From Octopus bimaculoides (lineage: Eukaryota), in NCBI RefSeq assembly GCF_001194135.2, contig NC_068984.1:106839427-106903426 (forward strand): a stretch of 64,000 nucleotides of DNA, in the 5' to 3' direction. The notes under the pieces were generated by a model, which worked only from the letters and a program-made list of their open reading frames with translations, was not told the DNA's origin and ran no database searches. Shown here piece after piece: positions 40,231-52,380 of this stretch; position 1 is the stretch's first letter, and every line of letters begins with the position of its first letter. The position numbers and the translations under genes were made by a program.

Positions 40231-41295
40231 GAAACAATTTAAAAAGATACCTGTTTGCTTTATTTTATGGCAGGAAACATTGGATAAGTTAATTGAATTC
40301 AAAAACACGTTAAACAACCTCAGCAATAACATCCAATTCACAATGAAATTTAACCCCTTTAACCCCAAAGAACTTGCCTTTCTGGATATCCTAATCAAAA
40401 ACCAAGATGGGAAAATAGAAACGGACATTTTCAACAAAGCCACCGACTCCAAACAGTTCCTTCTTTTCACATCATGTCACCCGAAACACATCAAACTCAA
40501 CATTTCATTCAACCTGGCAAAACGAATTTGTACCGTAGTATAAAAATCATCCAAACGTGAATAAAGACTAGAGGAACTGAAGGACACTCATCCAAAGAGC
40601 CGTCCCTCCTGGCATAATCACCAACGGAATAAACAAGGCGAAACAAATGGATGTCAATGAACTTAGGAGAAAAAAACAAAAAAGGGGAAAATGTTTTACC
40701 ATTCGTGTCAACTTTCGATCCCAGGATCACCAAAATATATGATCACGTCCACAAAAACTTCCCCATCTTATTTGCAGATGAAAAAATGAGAAAACTCTTA
40801 GAAAGACAACAAATCATCAATAGCAAAAGGCAGCCTAAAACACACTTACTGGAGCTAAAATGCACAAAGAAACCCCCAACACAACGGTCAAAATATGCGC
40901 GAGAACAAACTGCGGCACTTGCCGTTACCTAATTCAGGGACCAGAATGTAAATTCAAAGATGGCCAAACCTTCAAATTTAGGCCCAATCTCATCTGCAAC
41001 AGGGATAACCTAATCTGCATAATCACATGCAATGGGTGCCAACATAATTACATAAGTCAGACAGACGGATCGTTACGCAACAGATTGACGACCCATCGTC
41101 AACAGATCCGAGACAAAAGCACAAGGAAAATTCCTTTAAGCAGTCACATTGCAACCTGTGCAAGAATGGTTTTACCAAATTTTAAAATATTTCCTGTCTT
41201 CAAGTGCTAAGATTCCTTCAAACAACAACAAATATTAAATAAAGAGAGGCAATTTATTAACATTATAAGCTAGAATTAAGTATAGATCCAACCAC
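40231..41295 (+). mobile_element. Penelope-like element, 5'-truncated (RT C-half, Cys-rich linker, GIY-YIG; Neptune-like)
   Basis: KRYL[no DD]CFILW, IQFTMK, LAFLDILI, TDIFNKATDSKQFLLFTSCHPKH, LAKRICT, LPFVSTFDP, CARTNCGTC, NLICIITCNGCQHNYISQT..LRNRLTTHRQQI. Confidence 0.92.
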
Positions 41296-41426
41296 AACTA
41301 AAATAAGAACAGACACTTAAAAACAATTTTATATATGTTATTACCATTTTGAAAAATACTTCCCACCATTTCCTAAATCTTTATTCCAATAATTATAAAT
41401 GCCAGCACAACACACACAAACACACA

Positions 41427-41469
<43 letters not shown>

Positions 41470-42270
41470 ACATACAAAAGAAACCATCACAAAACACACA
41501 CACATATAACTCTGTACACACATATAAAGACACACATACTCATAAACACAAAAGAAAACATCCCCCCCAAAACACACTCACACACATGCACAAAGACACT
41601 GACACATACACTCACACACTCACACGAACACACACATACACACGGCTGGTGACCACACACATTCACACAGGTAGAGACACTCAAGAGAATACATCTAATC
41701 CAAACGAAAATCGAAATTCATTCTTCAACAAGACATTCATCTCAACATACACACCCATCAACTCACAGCTGGTTACTTTCCAACATACTGAAAGAACATT
41801 CAACACAATATACATACACACACTCACACACACACAGGTGGGCATAAAACCAATTCAATAAATGCTTTTTAGCTACTCCCTTGGCAGGAACACACAATGA
41901 TTTCTTCTAGACAATAGACATCCTTTCTCTCACTTTCTAACACTGAACTCTATACCAAACTATATTTAAAGAAGAATTCAACGAAAAAAAAAAAACCCCC
42001 AAAAAAACAGACGACATGTTCTTGATCGCCAGACAGAAGATAAACTGTTTTTATTTCAAATGTTTATAAATCTTTACTGATATTTGATAAAACGAAATTC
42101 ATCGGAACCAGTAACATTTTCTTTATATAATTCTGTAAATCATTTTTATTAAATTCCCTCTAAAATTGAAATGGCTTAGACTTACTTCTCTGCTATTTCC
42201 AACCCCATTATATATATATATATATAATTATATATATATACACGCGTGCGCGCGCACACACAGGCACAGA

Positions 42271-42310
<40 letters not shown>

Positions 42311-42326
42311 CACACACACATATATA

Positions 42327-42386
42327 GGCGCAGGCATGGTTGTTTGGTGGGAAACTTGCTTCCCAATCACATGGTTCCGGCTTCAG
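42327..42386 (+). mobile_element. SINE family B tRNA-like head fragment
   Basis: GGCGCAGGCATGGTTGTTTGGTGGGAAACTTGCTTCCCAATCACATGGTTCCGGCTTCAG; same head as 46373 and 57024. Confidence 0.7.
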
Positions 42387-43383
42387 GGATCTAGTATTTT
42401 CATTTGCAAAATATGCATTTTTCAAGAGGCAGTACAAAATCTGAAAATCGGCTATAATAATGTAGTCTTCCAGTATCGTTGCTTCGAAGGTATGATGTTG
42501 TGGAGAAAAAAATCGGAAGAAAAGGTTGCAGAGGTTTAAAAATCGGAAAAAAACTCTCTATTTTTAGCCAATAGCGAGACAGAAATTTTCTGCGTTTAGC
42601 AGAGCGAAGTCAACTTTAAGTTTGTACCCTGTGAAATTTATAGTTTAGCTCCTGCGACATGAGCTGTTCATTGTAGGTTTTTAAATAAACAGAAATACCT
42701 AATAAAATCGACATGTATCATATTACTGTTTCTTTTGTCGCTTCATTGATTGTATGTTTATATTATTTTTTTAGATTTGTTATATTAATATATTTGCGTA
42801 TTTCAGTAGTATGTATACCTGTCATGTATGTGTACATCATTAATATATGTGTATGTGGATATATATATTCATATATAAGTTTATATGTACATTTACGCAT
42901 TCATGTGTGTGTGCCTGTGTGTGTATGTGTGAGTGTGTGTGTGCGTGTGTGTGAGTGTGCGTGCGTGCGTGCGTCTGTCTCCAAAACTCCAAAGTTGAGT
43001 AACGTTTTCATGCTTCGATTTGTAAACCACATATGAAATTAACAATATGTAAAAATACTAACATGGAAAAATAGTAACACACAGAAGCACAGAAAAATAG
43101 TAACACACAGAAAGATTAACACAAAATACGCGAGTGAAAAGAATCTCGTGGTGTGTGGAATCAAATGTGAAAAATCAGCATAGAACAACATGCGGCACAG
43201 CACAGCATGAACCACAACACAAGGTGTGGTTGTCATGGTAGCAAGCTGCTAATGCCACACTCAGATTCTTTAATTTACGAGAAGTAATTAGTTGATCGTA
43301 ATCAAAATTCAGAGTTGCATCGATACACCAAAATTGAAAGCAATCTGACCAAAATTACATTTTGCGAATGAGAAAGACTACAT

Positions 43384-43755
43384 CCGGGTTCAGTACCAGA
43401 CTAGTGTCTTCTACTATAGCCTGAGGCTGATCAAAGCCTTGTGAGTGGATTTGGTAGACGGAAACTGAAAGAAGCTCGTCATATGTATATATATATATAT
43501 ATATATATNNNNNNNNNNNNNNNNNNNNNNNNNNNNNNNNNNNNNNNNNNNNNNNNNNNNNNNNNNNNNNNNNNNNNNNNNNNNNNNNNNNNNNNNNNNN
43601 NNNNNNNNNNNNNNNNNNNNNNNNNNNNNNNNNNNNNNNNNNNNNNNNNNNNNNNNNNNNNNNNNNNNNNNNNNNNNNNNNNNNNNNNNNNNNNNNNNNN
43701 NNNNNNNNNNNNNNNNNNNNNNNNNNNNNNNNNNNNNNNNNNNNNNNNNNNNNNN

Positions 43756-43797
<42 letters not shown>

Positions 43798-44077
43798 TGT
43801 ATATGTGTGTTTACGTGTATGTGTTTGTGCATGTGTGTGTATGTGTATATATATATGTATGTGTGTTTATGTGTATATGTTTGTGTCTGTTTGTACCCTT
43901 CCATCATTTGACAACCGATGTTGGTCTGTTTACGTCCCCGTAACTGAACGGTTCGGGAAAAAATCGGTAAAATAAGTACCACGCTTATATAAGTACCTGG
44001 GGCGATTTCTTCGACCAAAAGGCTGTGCTCCAGCATGACCGCAATCAAATGACTGAAACAAGTAAATGAATAAAAGA
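43384..44077 (+). mobile_element. SINE family B, composite copy with internal (TA)n/(TG)n microsatellite (gap inside)
   Basis: CCGGGTTCAGTACC..GTGTCTTCTACTATAGCC..CAAAGCCTTGTGAGTGGATTTGGTAGACGGAAACTGAAAGAAGC, then (TA)n-gap-(TG)n, then ..TGACAACCGATG..AATAAGTACC..CCAGCATGACCGCAATCAAATGACTGAAACAAGTAAA. Confidence 0.8.
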
Positions 44078-44332
44078 TATGTGTATTATTATTACAAATT
44101 GGGATTTACCAATAGGACCACAGTTTCAATTTCAGGACAACCTTATTTTCTGGAGTACACATAGAAAGGTATATCCAAAATACTAATCTAATAATATAAT
44201 CATTTTAAAGCCTACTATATCGTCCAATAAAATAAATTACATTAGAATTAATTAAAAATTATATAAACACATTAAAAATATATATATACCTTACCTCTTA
44301 TTAGTCTGTGGGGAAAGAAGATAATGTTAATC

Positions 44333-44400
44333 AATGCTAGACGTGTTTCTGCGCTGGTGGCTTGTTTTATCAGGCTATACCAGTGCGTCCTCAGGCTATT
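44333..44400 (-). ncRNA. hammerhead ribozyme-like motif, degenerate
   Basis: CTGAGGA-CGCACTGGT...ACCAGCGCA-GAAAC-AC-GTC: core intact, stem II 7 of 9 pairs, GTC triplet; stem I is weak. Confidence 0.55.
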
Positions 44401-44819
44401 TTTTTTTCTATATTATTATTATTAACGGATCCTACTTAATCATACAAATTCTAAGGTATCTTCAATAAAAAATAAGAATAAAAATAAGAATATCTATATA
44501 TATGACTTCCTAATATATTTTTATAAACTTTAAAAGATTTTAAAAAACCCCAAAATTATAAAATTTTTAAAATTTACGAAAATTTAATAAAATTAAACAC
44601 CTAAATATATAATAACGATATATATATNNNNNNNNNNNNNNNNNNNNNNNNNNNNNNNNNNNNNNNNNNNNNNNNNNNNNNNNNNNNNNNNNNNNNNNNN
44701 NNNNNNNNNNNNNNNNNNNNNNNNNNNNNNNNNNNNNNNNNNNNNNNNNNNNNNNNNNNNNNNNNNNNNNNNNNNNNNNNNNNNNNNNNNGAGAGAGAGA
44801 GAGAGTGTGTGTGTGTTAA

Positions 44820-45190
44820 ACATAAAGAAACCCTCATCGACTATTTTATAACCACGTCAAATTAAACCAAACCGCCTATCAATATAAGCTTTACAGGAAT
44901 TAATAATTTATTGTGAAATTAACCCCTATCAATACTAGTATAATATTACCATTATTATGTCAAACATAAGTTAATAATATTTAAAAAGTAAAAAACCTCT
45001 ATATATTTTATAAATTTATTGAATAAAACTAGTAAATGAAATTATTTACCACAATTAATAAACGAAGAATACTTATCTGCATGGTTACTCCTTCTTTAAC
45101 CTGTGTAATTAGCTGCACCTTCTGTCCTGCGCTAAGTATTATGGGAATAAAAACACTACTCTAGAAAAATTCTTTAAGACTAATATTATT
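44820..45190 (+). mobile_element. degenerate PLE linker / GIY-YIG start
   Basis: YSFFNLCN*LHLLSCAKYYGNKNTTL weakly resembles SxNxxYxIxCxxCxxxYIGxT; A/C-rich strand as in the PLE at 40231. Confidence 0.3.
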
Positions 45191-45260
45191 TGAGTGGTTG
45201 AATGTATGTATGTATGTATGTATGTATGTATGTATGTATGTATGTATGTGTGTGTATATT

Positions 45261-45461
45261 ATCTTTTACTTGTTTCAGTCACCGGACGCCAGAGATGCTG
45301 GAGCTCCGCTTTAAAGGTTTTAGTTGAATGAATCGCCTCTAGGACTTATGTTAAAAATTTATGTTTGGTTGAGTCGCTAATATACGGTTGGTGGCCACAC
45401 TAACATACAGAAACTCATTCACAAGGCATTGATCTCCGCGGGGCCACAGTAGAAGACACTT
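45261..45461 (-). mobile_element. SINE family B, internally deleted copy joining the 5' and 3' halves
   Basis: CTTTTACTTGTTTCAGTC..ATGCTGGAGC (3' half) is contiguous with CATTCACAAGGCATTGATC..AGTAGAAGACACTT (5' half). Confidence 0.7.
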
Positions 45462-46313
45462 CTCTACTTATCTATCTATTTATGTGTATGTGTGTATGTG
45501 TTTGTGTGTGTGTGCGCGTGTGTAAGTATGCCTCTGTGCGTACGTGTGCGCGTGCGTGTATATGCTTATGTGTGTTTGTGTGTGTATGTATAGATAGATA
45601 TGTCTGTATGTACATGTATATATGTATATTGCCATTTAATAGGATATACTGTAAACCTCACTTTACATGATGTCACTTGACACACTGCCACATGAAGGTC
45701 ACCGCTACCCCTAAGTCCGCAAGCAGGCGTGTGCTGCGATATGTTATCGCGTTGCAGAAATTATCCGGGAACATTTTGATACGACCTTGTATATTCTAGG
45801 ATCTAGTTTTCAAGTAAAACTCAATTAAATAGTATCACGTAGTTGCTAATAAATGATAAAATAGTTCGTCTTATATTAATAAAAAAGGTTGTCAAATTTA
45901 TTAATGGCAGTATAATTTTTCAGCAAACTGCAATTGTTAGTGAGTAAAAACTTAATGATAAAGTCTATTTAGGTTACTCTGGCAAAATGCAATCATGTCT
46001 TCATTAAAATGCTATAACCCCGCAAAAGTAGAGGTAAAACTGAATGCTTTTAAATTAAACGTCGTTTATCTAAATTATTGTTTGTTAATGAAGTGTTTGA
46101 ATGGTTACTGACCCAAGCTGAATGATTGTTTTAAGATATTAGTTACGAGGTTATTTTATGTATTAGATTTTAAAATTAATTAAAAAGTTCGAGTTGAAAT
46201 TCCTCTGATCTAAGAACACTTCGCTTTGCAGCTAACTGTTCTGAGATCAGAAGCCATTCTACTCTTCCTTCGTGCTATTATCAATTTCTAGTGCATGTAT
46301 GTTTGTTTATTTA

Positions 46314-46372
<59 letters not shown>

Positions 46373-46376
<4 letters not shown>

Positions 46377-46442
46377 TAAGAAGTTCGCTTCCCAACTACA
46401 TGGCTCCGGTGCAGTATCACTGCATGGCACTTTGGATAAGTG
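46373..46442 (+). mobile_element. SINE family B head
   Basis: GTAGTAAGAAGTTCGCTTCCCAACTACATGGCTCCGGTGCAGTATCACTGCATGGCACTTTGGATAAGTG. Confidence 0.75.
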
Positions 46443-46588
46443 ATGGTTCGCCACCATCCCCTGCCAGAGCCTCGTAGAGCTTTAGGTGTTTTCGCTCAGT
46501 AAACACTCACAACGCCCGGTCTGGGAATCGAAGCCGCGATCCTATGACCGCGATCTGCTGCCCTAATCCCTGGACCATTGCGCCTCCA
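46443..46588 (-). mobile_element. tRNA-headed SINE family C, 5' part
   Basis: Reverse complement TGGAGGCGCAATGGTCCAGGGATTAGGGCAGC..GGCTTCGATTCCCAGACCGGGCGTTGTGAGTG, with A-box- and B-box-like motifs. Confidence 0.75.
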
Positions 46589-46589
46589 T

Positions 46590-48893
46590 GGTCATATATG
46601 TTTAATTGATAATCTTCTGGAAGCTTTACAGATTTTTACAGTTCCAGTGATGGATTGGATCTGTAGTCTTCGAATTAGCTTTCTCCTTTCTGGTTTGAGG
46701 AGCCTAATTTCTCAAGATCGGTATTTAGGCAGTGTGTTACATATTCCAGGGCCCCAATAGTTACAGGTATGAACCAGAAATTGTAATCTAGATAGAGTAA
46801 CTGCAAATTTCTCAATAGTTCAGCATAGATGTTCTCTTTATCACTGATCTTCAGCTTTATGTTAACATCCGCTGGGCAGCTAATTTCCACAATTGTGTAC
46901 ACTTTCTCTTCTTTATCCCAAATCATTATATCAGATTTGTTGTTCTTACATTTTATTGAAGTCTTCACTGGTACATTCCACCAGTACTCCTTTTTATTAT
47001 GAGTGGCTATGGCTTCTACCATATTCTGGGGTTTTATTTTTTGCCGTCTGGGTTATCTTTCCGACGGATTTCATTATAGAGTGTCCTAGCTACAACGCAA
47101 AATCTCATCGGTAGATAATACTGTATTGACATTTTCTGGACCACCTCTTATGATGTAGGTGACATCATCAGTGTGAAATCCACAAAGTCTGCATCAGTTG
47201 TCACATTTTACGGCTTTTCCCGCATCTCTATCCCTTTTGTGCATCAGGTACTTCGTTGATATTTCGTGTTCCTGGATTACAAACGCATACCCTCCGAAGT
47301 GGGAGGTAGTAACCCGGCTATTCGTCCATGATAAACTGCTTTGATGATCGATGTTACAATCATCACGGTGCTTTCTACTAATATATCCATGCATAATCTT
47401 CTGCTCATATAGGCTCATCCTTTCAACTGATGATATGTTGCGATAGAGTCGTACAACTTCATTGGGGATGTATTCTAGGATATCAGAGAGAGTGTTGCTC
47501 AAGCAGCTACCTTCCAAGTCTTATGATGTTANNNNNNNNNNTTTCAACTGATGATATGTTGCGATAGAGTCGTACAACTTCATTGGGGATGTATTCTAGG
47601 ATATCAGAGAGAGTGTTGCTCAAGCAGCTACCTTCCAAGTCTTATGATGTTATCAGCCTCATGTATGCAAACTTGGTCAAGGGATGCACTTCGACGCTTG
47701 TTGGTTAAAAGATGTTGCCGAGGGGATACGATGCGACATTCAAAGGCATTTTGGATCGATGTTAAGCCTCTACCGCCTTGTTTACGTTTTAGGTAGAGGC
47801 GGTCTTCGTCACTGTTTATTTGGAAATTATGTGCGCCTGTTAGTATTGTTCGGGTTTTCACATCAAAGGTTCGGATTTCATCAACGTCCGGTCAAACAAC
47901 CCAAATGTTGGTATGAGTACTGGTACTGAAAACTCATTTTGGGCCACTGTTTTATTAAATGCAGAGAGTTTTGAGGTCTAAATTTTCTTTAGTCGGTTGT
48001 AATATTCTTTAGTGACACGTGTTTTGTTACAGGTGCTATTGTAAGATATATTTTCATCCACCCCTAGATACCTGTATCATTCCTCTTGAGATACAGGGGA
48101 AACAGTCAAATCATTGATGGATATGTTATTAGTCTGGTTTATAGTTTTCCCCCTTTTCACAACCGTATAACAACATTTATCCTGACCAAACTCCAATCCT
48201 ACATCCTTTGAGAATTCTGTAACTAGGTCAAGGTTTTTTTTCTTTTCATGTGTATTCTTTCCATAAAGTTTTTAGTCATTTACTAAGAAACAGTGCGTAA
48301 TTTTAGGATTTCTGTTTCCTTGTGAACCAGTGAGATATCCTTCAGGCTTCCTTAACATGAATGACAAGGGCTTTACAGAAAGTATAAACAACATCACAGT
48401 GATAATACAGTCACATTTTGTGTTTAATTTCAAGATGGTGGCCCACGATGAAATCAGGTCAGCTATGGCTTTGACTATTCTCAATGGAACTTTAGCAAGT
48501 GGAAGGGTTTCTAGCATCCATCAGTAGGGAACAGAGTCAAAGGCTTTCTAGCCACATTGAGACTAGGTTTCTCCTATGCTCTCTCACCTCTGACATCACA
48601 GTTTTGTTGATTAATAACAATTGCTCGGCACATCCCCAGACTCCCTTCTTCCCAGCTACTTGTTCTGCTGTGATAATGTTATTAGTTTCACAATGGTCTT
48701 GGAGAAAGAGGTTTAAACATGCTGTATATATCTTATACATTAAGTTCTGGCATGCAACTGGCCAGTAGTTTTTTGCCATGTGAGTGGTTCTGCGTTTGGG
48801 GATCAATTTTGTCTCTGCGAGAGCTAATCAGTTTGGTATGCTACCGTTCCTAATGAAAGATATGGTCGGTAGAATGTTCACTTCTTGTACCAT
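46590..48893 (-). mobile_element. R4/Dong/NeSL-type non-LTR retrotransposon (RT, CCHC, restriction-like endonuclease), 5'-truncated and disrupted
   Basis: LIPK..AKNYWPVACQNLMYKIYT, EQ.AGKKG..GC.EQLL, KAFDSVP, MLFILSVKPL, KITH; C-terminal CRLCGFH.DDV.YI, NNKSDIMIWDKEEK..TIVEISCPADVN..KENIY.EL, IPVTIGAL. Confidence 0.9.
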
Positions 48894-48972
48894 ATGTATG
48901 CATGTATGTATGTATGTATGTATGCATGTATGTATGTATTTATGTATGTATGCATGCATGCATGCATGCATG

Positions 48973-49006
<34 letters not shown>

Positions 49007-49024
49007 TGTATGCATGTATGTATG
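48894..49024. repeat. (ATGT)n/(ATGC)n tetranucleotide microsatellite
   Basis: Directly visible; abuts the LINE 5' truncation. Confidence 0.95.
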
Positions 49025-49321
49025 TGAAGAAAGAATGAGAGAGAGAGAGAGAGAGAAAATGTATTTGTGGGTATTCATGATATAAAATCAATACAGAAAA
49101 TACTTTCGTTTCCAATTTTTGGCTGTAAATTTTTAATATTTAAAATCATTTTAAGGTAATGAATATTTTCCTACGAAAGATTAGCATTCATTCGCTATAA
49201 GCAATAAGAAATTTTACAAAAATTATAATTATTGCATACATGATTTTTTTCCCGATACTATAGTTGGTGACAAAAGTACGCTTTCAACGTTTTCCGTCAC
49301 ATGACGGATACCACCTTTCGT

Positions 49322-49540
49322 ATATATATATATATATATATGGGAGAAAGAATGTACGAAAAAAAAACAACAACAGACGAGGGCAGGTGGTATAAACAAC
49401 AAAAGGATGTATTAGTTTGACGCTCGGGAATACAGAAGGTCTTTAATGTTTCGAGCTACGCTCTTCGACAGAAAGAATACGGAGAAAACAAGGAGAAAAA
49501 CACGGAGAAAAAAATTGAATGGTCTTTGGTCAACGATCTA
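49322..49540 (-). mobile_element. short pseudo-LTR-like element carrying a variant hammerhead motif (49440-49476)
   Basis: TCTTT-CTGTCGA-A-GAGC-GTA-GCTC-GAAA-C-ATT-AAAGA: stems I and II pair perfectly; the core has A6>T and the triplet is ATT; the element ends at a (TA)n tract. Confidence 0.6.
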
Positions 49541-50428
49541 TCATGGCTTCATATACCGACATCCTTATAATATCAAGAAGGTCGAAAATTTTGATGGATG
49601 AGAAATTAGTCAGCAATAAAAGATCCCAGATCTCTTCTGCTTCATTATTTTGACGAAGACACAGAAAGTAAATGCAAAGTCGACTGCAGCGAGATTTGAA
49701 CACCAAATGCTAGCAGCTGGAGCAATTACCGTAAAGCATCGTTTTCGACCGTCTTACGTTTCTGTCTGCTAATCGTTATCTATTATTACTACTATAATAA
49801 GCGTAAAGGAAAATAAAACAACAGAAGTAACAAATAACCGAAATATACTATATCTATTTTCGTTTGTCTTGTTTGTGTCTTCGGATATTATATCCCATCT
49901 TATGTTCACCTTGTTATTCCTCCTACTGGAAACTATAAAAAAAAAAGACAATTCAAAATCTAAAATTCAGGTAATTGATTATATTCTATTCACATATTTG
50001 TGTTTCGTGCCATTGTTCTACTAAATGTTTAGAAATTATGGATAAATTTGAACGCAGATAGCCGGTAGCAAAGAACAATGAGAATTCGTCTCATGCTCTT
50101 ATTTATTTGTCACTCCACTATCTAAGACAGCGGAATTAAGTGGGAATAATTAACGGTTTCGTGGATTTTAAAGATGTATTCATATGAATAAAAGACTAGC
50201 ATTTAAATAAGTTGTGAAGAGTTAAGTTACAAATTGAAAATCTCTTTAGTACAGTAGAACTTTATGCAACATTTCTATATCAGGATTCATTAGGTGTAAC
50301 TCCTAAATAAGTTATTGTTTGTAACGAGATTATTTGGTGTATTCACAAACATTTAGTATGCTATAAGAACCAAAGATCGAAATATAGGTGTTTAGTTATC
50401 CAAATTATAATTATCTACGTAAAAAGAG

Positions 50429-50487
<59 letters not shown>

Positions 50488-51681
50488 GGGGAGGTAAGTA
50501 TGAATGTATGGAAGTATATTAGGTCATCTTCTATTCCTTGACAAAATTAGATCAATGTGAACAATTAATATTTCAAACTAGTAATTAACTATTTAATTGC
50601 CAAAAAAAATCACTAATTTCGCGCTGTTAGCTGACATGATGGAAGAGTGAGATTATTAAGTAGCTTTGTATTCTGATATCAAATCTAAAGAAAATGGGTC
50701 GTTTCTTACGCTTATATCATTTTTAAGATCACTTTGCTTTCCTCCTCTACTATCTCAAATTTTCCTTGTCTCTAAGGCAGAATTGCCCCTAAGTCAGTGT
50801 AGTGGCAGAATAATTGAAACAGCGAGAAAAATTGTTTACCTACATGCAATAACAATTTAATCTCCAGTAAATCCTCGATCAAATTTGCCTTACATCATTG
50901 TAGTGTTGAAAAAATAAAGGACCAATCAAGTACTGTGGTCGATTTACTGCGTTGTGCCAGTTTTAAACATCAGTATTGACCCTGTTATTTTGTACCTGTA
51001 CTTTTTTAACACTGAATCCGAAAGAGTCAACTTCCTCTTTAACCTATCTGGGGTAGATAAAATAAAATATTTCTTAAGTACCGTATCACTATAATCTACA
51101 TGACTCTCCTACATAATGCGAAACAACGGTGTTTATTATAGACGCAAACGAAGACTGGGTCTTAAGATTAATAAGGTTTTCTAATTCTTTGTAACTATTT
51201 CATTTGAAGGTTTATAGAGGAAAAATAATACACAAATTTTCATTCTGAAAAAGCATTGGAAATGGGTTCAAGTGTTTTAATTCCTTGCGAAATGACGTGA
51301 TTTATTTTCAAGTGCAGGTGTACAACTCGTACTTCTTCCAACAATGCACTTTGCATTTTATTTTTTAAAAAAAACGCAAAATTGTTACTGTTCACAGCTG
51401 GTGTTAATGTGCGTCTAGTTGCTTCTTACGAGAGAATTTCAAATTCAGTACCGCTATTTTCACGTCTTTCTATGACATTTACTTTTTTATTTACTATTTT
51501 TTTCCTCTTTAATTGACTGTCTTCGCTTTTCTGACAACTTTCATTTTCATATAATTCCTTATAGACCAATATATTGCATCTCTACAAATACAACGTCAGA
51601 GAAAATGTAATTGCTAGCGAGAAAGAAAAAGTTGATTGCACTAGCATTTAGCAATAAATATTTTTAATATTTTCGTTGTAT

Positions 51682-51894
51682 TGAGGCGGTGAACTGGCAG
51701 AATCGTTAGCACGTCGGGCGAAATGCTTCTCGGTATTTCGCCCTATTCAGGTTCTGAGTTCAAATTCTGCCATCGTCGACTTTGTCATTCATCATTTCGA
51801 ATTCGATAAAATAAGTACCAGTTGAGCACTAGGGTTGTGGCAATCGACATACCCTTCCCCCGAAATTGCTGGCCTTGTATCAAAATTTGAAATC
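51682..51894 (+). mobile_element. SINE family A, full length, with 16-bp target-site duplication
   Basis: AATATTTTCGTTGTAT at 51666-51681 and 51895-51910 flanks a complete head-core-tail copy. Confidence 0.92.
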
Positions 51895-51913
51895 AATATT
51901 TTCGTTGTATGCG

Positions 51914-52061
51914 AAGGCGGCGAGCTGATAGGATCGTTAACACGCCGGGCAAAATGGTTAGTAGCATTTCGTCCGTCTTCACGTTGTGGATCAAATTCCG
52001 CCGAGGTAGATTTTGCCTTTCATTCTTTTGGGGTCGATAGAATAAGTACCAGTTGAGCACT
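51914..52061 (+). mobile_element. SINE family A, 3'-truncated copy
   Basis: AAGGCGGCGAGCTGATAGGATCGTTAACACGCCGGGC..AATAAGTACCAGTTGAGCAC. Confidence 0.88.
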
Positions 52062-52380
52062 TTATCCCTCGATATTCTTCTTTGTGTTCAAGACAGTGTA
52101 ATGGCCAAAAAGAAAAACAAAGGTCATGCCTATTTTTAGTTACGTTCCTTTATTTATGTATTTATTTATTAATTTTCTAATTCAAATCTCATCTACGATA
52201 GTATTATCTTTCATCCCTCTGAAATCAATAAAATATTAATCATTTACCGCAGTCGATTTTATAAGCTCGTAAATGCTGAATAAACTGAAAATCACTATTA
52301 AACAGTTTTATGTTTCGAATCCACGGCAACATATATAATTTTAGATGATTAGAAGATAAAGCTGTCATTAATATAGATTT

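Noticed and set aside
42070-42110. CTGATA..CGAAA downstream of the second PLE
   Set aside because: The core is incomplete and there is no stem II or stem I pairing.
47421-47652. Exact 111-bp direct duplication inside the R4-type LINE (47421-47531 and 47542-47652)
   Set aside because: The copies flank a 10-N gap and are identical, typical of an unmerged contig overlap.
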